From: Camelus ferus
Taxonomy: Eukaryota
Reading direction: 5' to 3'
NCBI RefSeq assembly: GCF_009834535.1
Contig: NC_045696.1
Location: forward strand, 28,894,001 to 28,958,000
Length of the DNA stretch: 64,000 nt
Part shown: positions 26,598 to 37,150 of the stretch, piece after piece
Layout: each line of letters starts with the position of its first letter
Position numbering within the stretch: the stretch's first letter is position 1
The notes under the pieces: generated by a model
The model's input: only the letters and a program-made list of their open reading frames with translations
The model's database searches: none
What the model was told of the DNA's origin: nothing
Translations under genes and position numbers: made by a program

Positions 26598-26920
26598 TGT
26601 CACAGAAACAGCAGCCCAGCTAAGAAACAAACACCACTTGGAGGGTTGGAGAACTCAGGTTTATTACGCCGGCAGACTCAGAGGGGCTATCACTCCAGAG
26701 ATCTGAGTGCCTCCTGGAAGTGTGAGTGAGGTTTTATAGGGTCGCTTACAAGCTCGGGGTCCATCAAACAATAGGGTGAGTACAGCTAGGCGGAAACAAA
26801 GGGTCGCTTGCAGTAACCCAAAACTGGTCTAGCAAGGTTAAACTTAAAATTCATGAGTTAACTTAAAATTTATGAGTTAGCCCAGCCCAGTCTTGGCCTA
26901 GCCCAACCTTTTCCTTCTCA
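26598..26920 (-). mobile_element. ERV1-like solo LTR (323 bp), family B short form
   Basis: Minus-strand termini TGAG...GACA; perfect 4-bp TSD ACAT (26594-26597, 26921-26924); CCCTATAAAA and AATAAA on the minus strand; internal about 20-bp tandem duplication at 26837-26880. Confidence 0.92.
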
Positions 26921-27019
26921 ACATGAATTGGCAGAGACAGTGTTATTTCTACAATCATCTTACCAGAACATATGCCGTTTGGTCTAAGCTTTTTTGTTTT
27001 CTATCTCCTATTGTCCCTT

Positions 27020-27360
27020 TGCTAAGTTTTTATTATCATCAGCTAGCCACACTAGTGAATATAAACTAGTATTTTATTGTGGTATTTATCTGCACTTTCT
27101 TGATAAGTAATGATATTGAGCATCTTATGCGTACATCAGTCGTTTATATATTCTCATTGGAGAAACATCTACTCAGAGTTATTGTCCATGTTTTAGGTGG
27201 AGTATTTATTTTTAATTAATTGAGTTGCAGATGTCCTTTACACACTCTAGATACTTTTTTCTTTTCCACCAGAAGTGTGTTTTACAAATCTGTTCTTCCA
27301 TTCTGTAGTTTATCTTTTCATTTTCTTATTAATGTTCCTTAAAGCACAAGGTTTTAAAGT
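27020..27360 (-). mobile_element. Old L1 ORF2 3' region fragment
   Basis: 'tgcactttcttgataagtaatgatattgagcatctt', 'ttggagaaacatctactcaga', 'ttttacaaatctgttcttccattctgtag'. Confidence 0.8.
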
Positions 27361-27927
27361 ATCTCTCCTTTCCTTGGTTATTCTATTTACTGTCTGTAAG
27401 CAACTTGATGCACAGAAAATGTTGCATTGGATTCCCAGAGCTGCCATAACAAAGCACCAGAGATTAGGTGGCTTAAGCAACAGAAATTTGATTCACAGTT
27501 TTGGAGATTAGAAGTCCAAAGTGAAGATGTCTGTAGGGTTGGTTCCTTCTGTGACAGAAAACCTATTCCCTGCCTCTCACCTATCTTCTGTGGTTTGCTG
27601 GCAATATTTAGCATTCTTTGGCTTGTAGGAGCATCACTTGGATCTTGTGATGAAAAATACTGCAAACCGTATCAGTAAACAAAGAATGCTGAAGTCATCA
27701 AGTCATCAGCGGCTGCCACCAGCCCCCAGTGAAGACAAGCCTGCAGCCCAGCCTCTGCAGCCACTCACAGTGGTGCAGTCTCAGGGGGGCTCAGAATAAG
27801 AAAGGACAGGATCTCAGCCCTAGATAGCAAGGTGCTTATCAAAGGAATGAATTCAATGAGCCCAAATGTTTGCTTCCTCCCATACATGAATCCTTTAACT
27901 TGAGATGCCTGGTTTTCTTTAGTTAAA

Positions 27928-28503
27928 TGAGGCAGGTAGCCCCCTAAAAAGACCAGCAGGACCTCCAGGCACAGCCACTACTCTCCTGCCAGCACCATCC
28001 GGTTCCCTGGCCCAGAGGCTCTATCTCACCTTTTGCCTCTGAAACAGCTTACTTACCCCTAAAGTTCTATTGGTTCCCTGAGCTCACTCCTGATTGGTTA
28101 TTTCCCTCACTCCTGATTGGTTATTTCCCTTACTCTTGATTGGTCCATTTCCCTAACTCCTGATTGGTCCATTTGTAGTACTTCATTTGCATGGAGCTCA
28201 CTCCTGATTGGTTATTTCTCTCCCTCCTGATTGGTCTATTTCTACAAAGCTTGTTCTTAGTTGGTCAACTTTTGTTATACTTTATTTGCATATGATGTTG
28301 CAAAGTGTAAACGGGCAGCCTATAAAGGCCTTTGTAAACCTACATATGGGGTCCAGAGCTTGGAGTGTTAACTCCTCTGGGCCCACTGGGGTAATAAACC
28401 TGAGTTCTCCAACTCTCCAAGTGCTGCTTGGTCTCTCTCCCGGATCCAGCTTGCTGTCACAATTGAGCTGTAACACCGAGCTGTAACACATTTTTCCACA
28501 ACA
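27928..28503 (+). mobile_element. Nested ERV1-like solo LTR (576 bp), family B long form with a CCAAT array
   Basis: TGAG...AACA termini; absent from the paralogous copy at 14064-14543; TATAAA at 28321-28326; AATAAA at 28393-28398; R segment shared with 26598-26920. Confidence 0.9.
28062..28245 (+). repeat. Array of 23-24-bp units, each with an inverted CCAAT box (CTCCTGATTGGTyattt)
   Basis: ATTGG at 28069, 28093, 28116, 28139, 28163, 28207 and 28230. Confidence 0.9.
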
Positions 28504-28738
28504 AACAAGTAATCTTTTTATGTTCCAACTACCTGGTCTTTGTTGTAAAGCTCCTATGTATCCTAGCTCCTTCCCTACCTCTTCAGAGCAGTCCCTCAAA
28601 GCCATCTGAGAGGCTGTCATCCCAGGCTCGAAGGGGTTCGAGTCCTCAGAAATGTCCACCAAATAAAACATAACTCAACTTTTAGGCTGTGCATTTATTT
28701 CAGCTGACAGTCTCTACCTTCACCTTCCCATGGCATTC

Positions 28739-28763
28739 ATGTGTGTGTGTGTGTGTGTGTGTG
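28739..28763. repeat. (TG)n microsatellite inside the MLT1C
   Basis: Direct reading. Confidence 0.95.
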
Positions 28764-31709
28764 ACCAAATGCTCCCACTGTATAAGGTGATCAGTCATAC
28801 TGGATTAGACGTCCAGTCTCCCCTCACCTAAACATAACTAATTACGTCAGCAACAACCCTGATTCTAAGTTAAGTATACATTCTGAGGTACTTTGGGTTA
28901 GGACGTTCACATATGGGTTTTTGAGGGACACAATTATCAAATTATCAAGTGAGTAAATAACCAAGTAAATTATTATTAATGAATAAATTATCAATTTTAA
29001 TAAATTAATTAAAATAAATTTCTAATATACTTATCAAATAAATAAATACTTGTTCAGTACTTATTAGTCTTCACTTAGTAAAATCTTGAAATTTACATAA
29101 TGATTTGCAAGTTTTTCCCCCTACACTGTCTCCTTTTTTTTTTATAATTGTTTGGTGTGACGATCAGTACTTATATTTTATCTCCATTTTACAGATAAAG
29201 CAACTGATGTTTATAGAGAGAGATTTCTGATTTGCTCGTTTATTAAGTTTCTGTGCAACAAGAACGCAGGGGTACAATCTCTCACTCTGCATCCTCTCCA
29301 GGGTCTTTCACATTCCTAAGGGTAATGCTTATGACTCTATCTATTCAAAGGAAAGGGAACACAAGTAAAAGTTACAGTTCATACATATATCCATGAATAT
29401 GTGAGAAATAAATGCTATAGAAAAATGGCATACATTTTTATCCAGCCAGCCTAATGCCTATCTGCTTCGAGTTCTACTCAGCTAGATAACCTGGGAAACA
29501 CAGAATGAATGAAAAGCATTATCTCTGCTTTCAATATACTTATTGTCTATCAGGGAGGTTTAAAATAATACAGAAAATAATGAATAAGAAAGCAAGGTCA
29601 GAGAAACTATGATGAATTGTTCAACTGTGTGATTCAGACAGTGGTCAAAGGAGAATTACATTTGGGCAGATTGAGGAGTTCTGGGATGGCTTTATTATAA
29701 AAATTGGACTTGAATTAGGGACTGATATAAAGAGATGGAGCCTGGAGTCATTGAAAGAAGGCAAAAACATGAACCAAGAGAACAAGTGGGAATCGTGAAT
29801 CCTCTGTGGAAGAGGGACAATTCGAATTACAGTGGCAGAAGGAAAAAAATTGTAGACAATAATGATAATTATAAAATAACCTTGTCATTCTTATTTCACT
29901 ACTTATGTCTGTTAACTAATAAGTGACTGCACTAATAGTGCACAATTCTATGTTAATTTCAAAGTATTCATCCAGTAGAAAGAGAACCACTCTCAAAAAT
30001 AAGATCAGATTTTTAACTCGTGGTATTAAGAAGAATTAGAGCATATTCAAAGTAATAGAATGAAATTGCTGATACCTTAAGGGCTTCATTAGTCTATCTA
30101 CAGAGTAGGGGTGGAGTGTGGGCCAGGAAAGAAAAAAATTTCCCTCCAAGGAAAGTCAACTCTCATCTGGTGGGTCAGTACTTTAACCTCACAGCCTACT
30201 CAATCCATCTCTATTTTTCTGGAACTACCAACAAGGCTGCCAAATGTGATCCATGCACTTGTCCAACTAGAAGCTGAATGGGAGCCATCAACTCATTTCA
30301 CACAGGTCAGCAAACAGCAATCAAAGGCTAATGGCTTTCTGTCACCACCAGCCCAGACTAGGTACAAAGGCCGACCTGGAGGTGAGAGGCTCTGCATCCC
30401 ATTACTATCCCAGGAGCTATCTGGTCCCCCACTAAAAAGCAATTTACTTGGTGCAGAATTGAAAAGACTTCCTGATCTGCTGTTTTCCCAATGTTACTTT
30501 CAAAAATACCTAAGAGTTTCTAAAGTGACAGAACTGATGGGCTGGTCTCTTTGTTAAGTATTTGGCAGGTTTGAGGAAACAATAGTGAAAGAACTAATAA
30601 AGAGAAAAGTCAAGTTATACCAAGAGGTGAATCAACATTCAATACCTGACAAAGACTCCTGGGCTAAAATCCTCATGCAACTGTTGTTAAACACAAAATG
30701 TAGTCACCCAAAAGTGCTTTCAAGGAAAGCTTTTTTTCACAAAGTAACCATTAATTGATATGAGTGATTAGAGATGGATTGGTTGAAAATAATTACTTCT
30801 CTGGCTGCATCATTAGAAAACTGAAATTATCTGAAGAGTAGCTGACTTAACACAACATTTGATATTAGTACACTATGACTTTAGAAATTATTTTTTCAGA
30901 AATAGTTTGCCTTTAAATTAATAGAAAACTTGTCAACAAGCGCAAAGTCAAAAATTATGGGTGAATGTACTCTGAAATTAATAAAGATTAAGCTTTAGGT
31001 ACCCTCAAAAGCTTATAGGTCATACCCAAAGCTCTAGAAATGTTTTGTCAATTCATTTTATTTATCTCTTCAAGAAAGTCCTTCAAATTATGCAATATTT
31101 AAGCCACAAACAACTTGGATGCACCTCTATCAACTGACTAATCATTTTATGAATCTATAAAAATCTATAAACATTATGTCTAACTGTGCTTCTTATTCTA
31201 ACATAAAAATCACTAGAAACACTGTTTGAACAGACTCCTCTCTGTGGGCCTCTGGGGGGAGACACAGCCTAAAAAGTGGTTGCAGCATTTTCTCATGTTA
31301 TTTCACAGCGTAACTACTCAGAGATTCACATACAAACACAAGCACAAATGCAAATACAAAGATAAAGGAGGAATGAAAACAGACACTAAGATCTGAAAAA
31401 TGCTCAACAATTCTACTTTGGAAGAAATCTAAAATATCTCATTCATTCTAATGTCTAATTGCATTTAATAACACTTAAAATTATGGTTAGTTAACATAGA
31501 AATTACATAACTTTCAATAAAAAAAGTCCCAGCTTGTCAGTGATGCTTTGTAGTATGAAATAATTCTTAGAATTAACAAAGACTTTACAAGACTCTCTAT
31601 GTTATTTATTTTATAATGTAGCTCAAATAATAACCATCATGATTCATCACAGCCATTGATTTTTGCATAAATTATATATATGTGTGTATATTATTCAGCT
31701 TTATATATA

Positions 31710-31715
<6 letters not shown>

Positions 31716-31742
<27 letters not shown>
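31716..31742. repeat. (TA)n microsatellite
   Basis: Direct reading. Confidence 0.95.
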
Positions 31743-31746
<4 letters not shown>

Positions 31747-31949
31747 CAATCACTAGGAATACACCAGTCATGTTTTTCAGCACATCTAGAAATCTGTTCC
31801 TAGAATTACCTTTAAAATATTGACATATGAAAAATATCTTAGCGCCAAATTGAAGTTCAGGAATATCCTGAGTCATGTTGTTTTAACAGATACAGTTTAA
31901 ATTCTAAAATAACTTGCCTTAGAAGCTATGTTTTTTTGCTAACACTTTT

Positions 31950-32235
31950 TTAAAACAGTTTATTTAGACTTAGAGAAAAATTGGAAAAAGTATGGAAATT
32001 TCTTGTACACCCTTTACACAGCTTCCATAAATATTAACATCTTATACAATCCTAGTACATAAATCAAAGCCAGGAAATTAACAGGCTACTAAGCTACAGA
32101 CTTTATTTGAATTTCATTCATTTTTCCCTAGTGTCCTTTGAGGATCTAATCCAGGATCTCACACTGTATTTCATTTTTTTTTCCTTAGTATCCTCCAATC
32201 TGTGACAATTTTTCAGTCTTTCCTCATCTTTCATT
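31950..32235 (-). mobile_element. L1MC/L1MD-like 3' end fragment
   Basis: 'cagtttatttagacttagagaaaaattgg...attaacatcttatacaat...caaagccaggaaattaac...ctacagactttatttgaatttca...aggatctaatccaggatctcacactgtattt'. Confidence 0.75.
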
Positions 32236-33049
32236 CTTAAGCTTCTCTTTTAATAGGAATTTCATTTATTTTCTGAAGAAGACAGACATCAATTTCCACT
32301 GACTATTGTCACAATGATGTTATTACTATGCTAACCACTAGTTAAATGTGAAATCATCATCCATTCTGTGAAAATATGTAAAACAGCACAAATATTTAGC
32401 GTCATGTAAGGAAGAATAATTTGAATTTGTATATTGTTCATATACAATCATATGACATTTTCCATTATCTTATTAGCACAATATCTGTTAGAAATAAGGG
32501 TTGTTTAATCCCACTTTATATATTATGGAATTAAGGCCCAGAAAAGGTCTTCCCCCTGAATCACTTAGCTGATTAGTTGCGAACCAGAATTTTAAAATAA
32601 TATTTTTTTGAATTACAATTCATATGGTCTAGGCAATCTCAAATGTATGTGTTCTGCTGACAACTACGTGTGATTAGATGTTTGTAGACTGTAAGACCTA
32701 ACTCCTAAAGAATCTACATCCTTTTTAGCTGTCTTGCACAGCTTCAGCTACCCACTCACAATAAAATATGACACAACCCAATAGAACTGTTGGTTGCCAA
32801 GTCCTAGTGCTATCAATAGATTGTTAACCTTGCACTTAATTTCCCTATTTTTCCATTAGGCAGTGTCAAATATTACATATACACAAATAAGAAGTCTTCC
32901 TAACACCATGAATTTCAATGAGCCAAAAAGTCCCTTCTGAACACCAGTACTAAATTTCCCCTTTCACATTACCTCTCAGTTTTGAAATGAATTAAATTCA
33001 GAGAGGTCTACCCACACACCTTTCCCCAGATTTCCTTGTCACCAAGTTA

Positions 33050-34718
33050 TCTTGCAATCTGAACAGTCCATCATGGACTGGGTGTTTTCTGACTCAATAA
33101 GCCATGAAGTTGTGCATGCATACAGCACTCCCGTCATCAAACGGAAGTGGTATACACATGACAGTGGTATACGCAGGCCCAAGAAGACCCTGAAGGTACA
33201 AAGAAGCTACAAGAAGAGTGGTCCAAATGCCCAAGGTCCCTATTTCTGCCACATCGCCTACTTTCCCTCAGTCTGCACCTAAGGCTTCATGTGGAGTTCC
33301 CTACAATGAGTTGACAGAGAAAGAAAAGATTCAGGCCTGGTTTAGAAATGTTTCTGCATAATATGTAGGCATCTCCCCAGAGTGGACAATTACGGCACCC
33401 CAGCCCATTTCTGGATATCCCTGAAGGACAGCGGTGAAAGGAAATCCTCCTTATGGGCAGAACTTCTAGCAATGCACCTGGTTAGTCACTTTGCTAGAAA
33501 GGAGAACTCGCTAGATGTCCAATTATATACCAATTTATGGGAAGTGTATAATGGTTTGGCTGGATAGTCAGGGACTTAGAAGAATGCAAGTAGAAAACTG
33601 TTGACAAGGCAACTTGTGGAAGAAGTTTATGGACAGACCCCTCTGAATAAGCAAAAAATGTAACGATATCTGTGTTGCATGTGAATACCTACCAAAGGGT
33701 AACTTGAGTAGAGCAGGTCTCTAATAATCATGTGGATATGACCTGTTCTGTGCATACCAGTTAGCTCTTTCCCCAACTACCCTCATCATCACTTAAAGAG
33801 CTCACGGACAAAGTGGCCAGGATGGCAGGGATGGAGGTTATGGATGGGCTCAAAAATACAGACTTCCACTCACCAAGGCAGGCCTGCCTATAGCCAGTGT
33901 TGAGTGTCCAATATGCTAGCAGCAGAGACCAACACTGACTTCCAGAATATGGCACTATTCCTTGGGGTGATCAGCCAGACACCTGGTGGCAGGTTGATTA
34001 CACTGGACAGTTTATATCATGGATGGAGCAGTGTTTTGTTCTTACTCAAAAGAGACACTTAGTCTGGATGCAGATTTGTCTTTCCTGTATGCAATGCTTC
34101 TGTCAAAACTATCATCTGTGGGCTCACAGAATGCCTTATCTATCCTCCTAGTATTCCACACAGTATTGCTTGTATTTGAGAAGATCACTTCCCAGCTTTG
34201 TCCCCTTCATCCTAAAGCAGTTAACTTCATACAACAGTAGAACGGCCTTTTGATAACCCAATTACATCACCAGCAAGGTGGTAAGAGCTTGCAGGACTGG
34301 GGCAAGATTCCCCAGAAGGCTGTGTATATGCTCTGAATCATCGTCCAATATATGGTGGTATTTCTCCTGTAGCCAGAATTCATGGGTCAAGAAGGGAAAA
34401 TAGGAATGACCCCACTGACTCTAACCTCCTAGTAATCTACTGGCAAAACACAGTTTCTTGTTCCCATGACATTATGTTCTATTGTCCTGGAAGTCTTTGC
34501 TCCAAAGGAAGGAATGCTTCTACTAGTAGACATAACAATTATTCCACTATCTGGAAGCTGAGGCTGCCCCCTGGCTACTCTGGAATCTCCATGTCGCTCA
34601 AACAACAGACAAATAAGAGTTACCGTACTGGGTGGGGTGATTGATCTTGGCTACCAAGGGAAAATTAGACAGTTTCTGCACAGTGGAGGCAGGGAACAGT
34701 ATGTCTGGAATACAGGGA
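33050..34718 (+). mobile_element. Decayed ERV-L internal region: pol tether, RNase H, integrase and dUTPase (pseudogenised)
   Basis: ORF 33052 'SIMDWVFSDSISHEV...VIKRKWY' and ORF 33382 'LKDSGERKSSLWAELLAMHLV...DVQLYTNLWEVYNGLAG' are ERV-L RNase H-type. Integrase-like 'ECPIC..QRPTL...GDQP.TWWQVDY' at about 33900-34005. dUTPase-like 'WKLRLPPG', 'VTVLGGVIDLGYQG' at about 34550-34700. Many stops and frameshifts. Confidence 0.93.
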
Positions 34719-34915
34719 ACATTCACTCTCTGCCTGACTGTTTTCAAGCCAGGGCATTGATCTTTTGCACCCAAATTGGAAGTTATACTATCAGCTTTCT
34801 CAGGTCTCCAGCTTATAGATGGTAGATCATGGGATTTCTCAGTCGCCATAATTTCAAGAGCCAACTCCTTACAATGTGTCTTTTCCTTTCGTCATAAATA
34901 CATACAATAATAAAT
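34719..34915 (+). mobile_element. MLT2-type (ERV-L) LTR 3' portion
   Basis: 'tatactatcagctttctcaggtctccagcttatagatggtagatcatgggatttctcagtcgccataatttcaagagccaactccttac'. Confidence 0.8.
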
Positions 34916-34956
34916 ATGTGTGTATACATATAAATATATCAATATAAGCATATACA

Positions 34957-35152
34957 TAGCTGACCTTGAACAACACACGTTTGAACTGTGCAGTACACTT
35001 ATATGTGGATTTTTTTTCAATAAATACATATAGTACTACATGATCCATGGTTGGTTGATCGCACAGATGTGGAACCACAGATATGGAGGCCCTACCATGG
35101 GACTTGAGCACCCACAGTCCTAACATCCCCAGCAGGTAGTCAGGGATGACTG
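34957..35152 (+). mobile_element. Tigger2/MER2-type non-autonomous Tc1-mariner DNA transposon
   Basis: Starts 'tagctgaccttgaacaacacacgtttgaactgtgc...acttatatgtggatttt' and ends 'agggatgactg' followed by TA. Confidence 0.8.
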
Positions 35153-35162
35153 TAAAATAAAA

Positions 35163-36580
35163 TCTTTGTTGTACTGCTATAACAAAATACTACAGACCAG
35201 GTAGCTTATAGATGACCGACATTTGTTTCTCACATTTCCAGAGTCTGGAAGACTGAGATCCGGATGCCAGCGTGGTTAGTGAGGGCCCTCTTCCAGGTCT
35301 CAGACTTTTTGTTGTACCCTCTCATGATAAAAGGAACAAGGGAGCTTTGGGGGGCCTTTTATAAGAGTTCTAATGCCATTCATGATGGTTCCACCTTCAT
35401 GACCTAAGCACCTCCAAAGGGACCATCTCCAAATACCATTATTTTGGACATTAGGATTACAAAATAATAAATTTTGGAGAGACACATACTTTCAGACAAT
35501 GGTATTTCACCTCCTGGTCTCCCCAAATTCATATCCTTCCCACATGAATAACATGTTAATTTCATCCCAACAACTCTGATAGCCTTAATTCATTCCAGTA
35601 AGTCCAAATCTCATTTAAATACCATCTAAATCAGATAAGCCCGACAGCAAGGTACAATTTATTCTAAGGCAAATTACTCTGCAGCTGTGAACGTATGAAA
35701 CTGAATGTTTTATATGCTTCAAAAATACAACAAGGTACAGGCATAGGAAAAGTAGGAAAAAGGGGTTACAGGTCCTAAGTAAGTCTAAATCCAACAGAGT
35801 AAACAACATCAAATCTTAAATATCAATAATAATCTTTAACTCAACGTTCTGTCAGCCATGCCCACTGGGAGTGTCTGCATAGGAAAGAAGCCACACATAC
35901 CTTACCACTGCTTAGAAATAGCTTCAGCCAAATACCCAGTTTCATTGCTCACAAGTTCTACCTTCGATAAAACACTAGGACACAAACAGTTCAGCCAAGT
36001 TCTTTGCCACTTTATAACAAGGACGGTCTTTCTTCCATTGTCCAATAACATGTTTCTCTTGTCTGTTTGAGGCCTCATCAAAATGGTTCTTACCACTCAT
36101 ATTTCTACCAAAATTCTGTTCATAACCACTTAGGTATTCTCTAAGAAGATTAGGGTTTTCTTTACAACTCTCTCTGTTTTTTTTCCAGGCCTCACCAGAA
36201 AAGGCTTCAAAAGTCTATTCACGGCAATGTAGGCTTTTTTCTAGCATGCACCTTGAACGTTCCCCAGCTTCTATCCATTTTTCAGTTCCAAAGCTGCTTC
36301 TGCATTTTTAGATATTTGTTAGAGTGGCACCCATACTTTTTGGTACCAATTTTCTGTCTTAGTTCATTTGGGCTCCTATAACCAAAAAAAAAAAAAAAAA
36401 AAAAGAAAGAAAGAAAAGAAAGAAAGAAAGAAAGAAAGAAAAAAGAAAAAGACAAGACAACACATATCTGAGTGATGTACTAACAACAGAAAATTTATTT
36501 CTTCTCCTTTCTGGAGGTGGAAAGTCCTAGTATGAGGATGGCAGCATGGCTGGGTGAGGGCCTCTTCTGGGTTGAACACT
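35163..36580 (-). mobile_element. MLT1A-type MaLR provirus remnant: LTR (about 35163-35503), internal (about 35504-36354), partial LTR (about 36355-36580)
   Basis: Two homologous LTR segments ('ctgctataacaaaatac...gtgagggccctcttcc' and 'ctcctataacc...ggtgagggcctcttct') flank MaLR internal sequence ending 'ggtaccaattttc|tgtcttagtt'. Confidence 0.88.
36384..36460. repeat. Poly(A)/(GAAA)n expansion inside the MLT1A LTR
   Basis: Direct reading. Confidence 0.9.
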
Positions 36581-36589
36581 TACCCTCCT

Positions 36590-36893
36590 ACTGTGGAACC
36601 TTTTCTCAAGTCCTTGCCACTTGGACCCCTCCATCTTTAGGGCCAAGAATAGAGAATATCTCTACTATAGAAACTGTCTATCTTTAGGAAGAACCTAGTA
36701 TTTTTCAGGGGTTCATCTGATGATGTTAGTAACACCCAGATAATATAGCTTTTAATTGACTCAGAGTCAACTAACTGGAGTCTAATCATGAGAGTAGTAT
36801 TTTATCATATTGATGAAGGGAGATAATTCCAGGAGGCATGTACATTAGATGGTAGAAATCTTTGGGGCTATCTTAGGTTTCTGTGTTCCACAT
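36590..36893 (-). mobile_element. MaLR LTR fragment (MLT1E/G-like)
   Basis: End 'agaaatctttggggctatcttaggtttctgtgttccaca'; homologous to the end of 59575-60207. Confidence 0.65.
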
Positions 36894-36914
36894 ACATAGA
36901 ACAGGTAAAATGTA

Positions 36915-37150
36915 TCCTAGTGGTTAAAAACACAAATTTTAGAGATGGACTTCTTGAATTCAAATACAACTGTGTTGCATATTAATCATGCAATCTTGTG
37001 CAAGCCACTTAAATTCAATGTGCTGTTATTTCCTTATATGTAATATATATAAATTATAAGTTAACCTATCTTGAAATTGCTGTGAGGATTCAAATTTATA
37101 GAGAGGGAGAGAAAGTGAGAAAACTTAGAAGAGTGTGGCACAGAGAACTA
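36915..37150 (+). mobile_element. MIR SINE
   Basis: 'tagtggttaaaaacacaaattttagag...ttcaaat...tcttgtgcaagccacttaa...ttgctgtgaggatt...cttagaagagtgtggcacag'. Confidence 0.75.

Larger units (their letters stand above)
27646..28709 (+). mobile_element. ERV1-like solo LTR family A copy 2, split by a nested LTR
   Basis: Colinear with 14064-14543 on both sides of 27928-28503; TGT...ACA termini; TSD ATCT/GTCT. Confidence 0.92.
27420..28935 (-). mobile_element. MaLR LTR, MLT1C-like, split by nested LTRs (parts about 27420-27645 and 28710-28935)
   Basis: 'gctgccataacaaagcacc...ttctgtggtttgctggcaatatttagcattctttggcttgtag...ggatct' resumes as 'gtctctaccttcaccttcccatggc...cattctgaggtactttgggttaggac...gagggacacaatt'. 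Confidence 0.88.

Noticed and set aside
28062..28245. CRISPR-like array
   Set aside because: Units are contiguous tandem repeats without unique spacers, inside a mammalian LTR, with no cas genes.
14064..28709. One full provirus bounded by two LTRs
   Set aside because: Each LTR has its own distinct TSD, and there is no PBS, PPT, gag, pol or env between them.
30111..30557. 148-aa ORF
   Set aside because: GTG start, no recognisable homology and no convincing splice sites.
33050..34718. Intact or domesticated ERV-L pol/dUTPase gene
   Set aside because: Many stops and frameshifts; only short frames survive.
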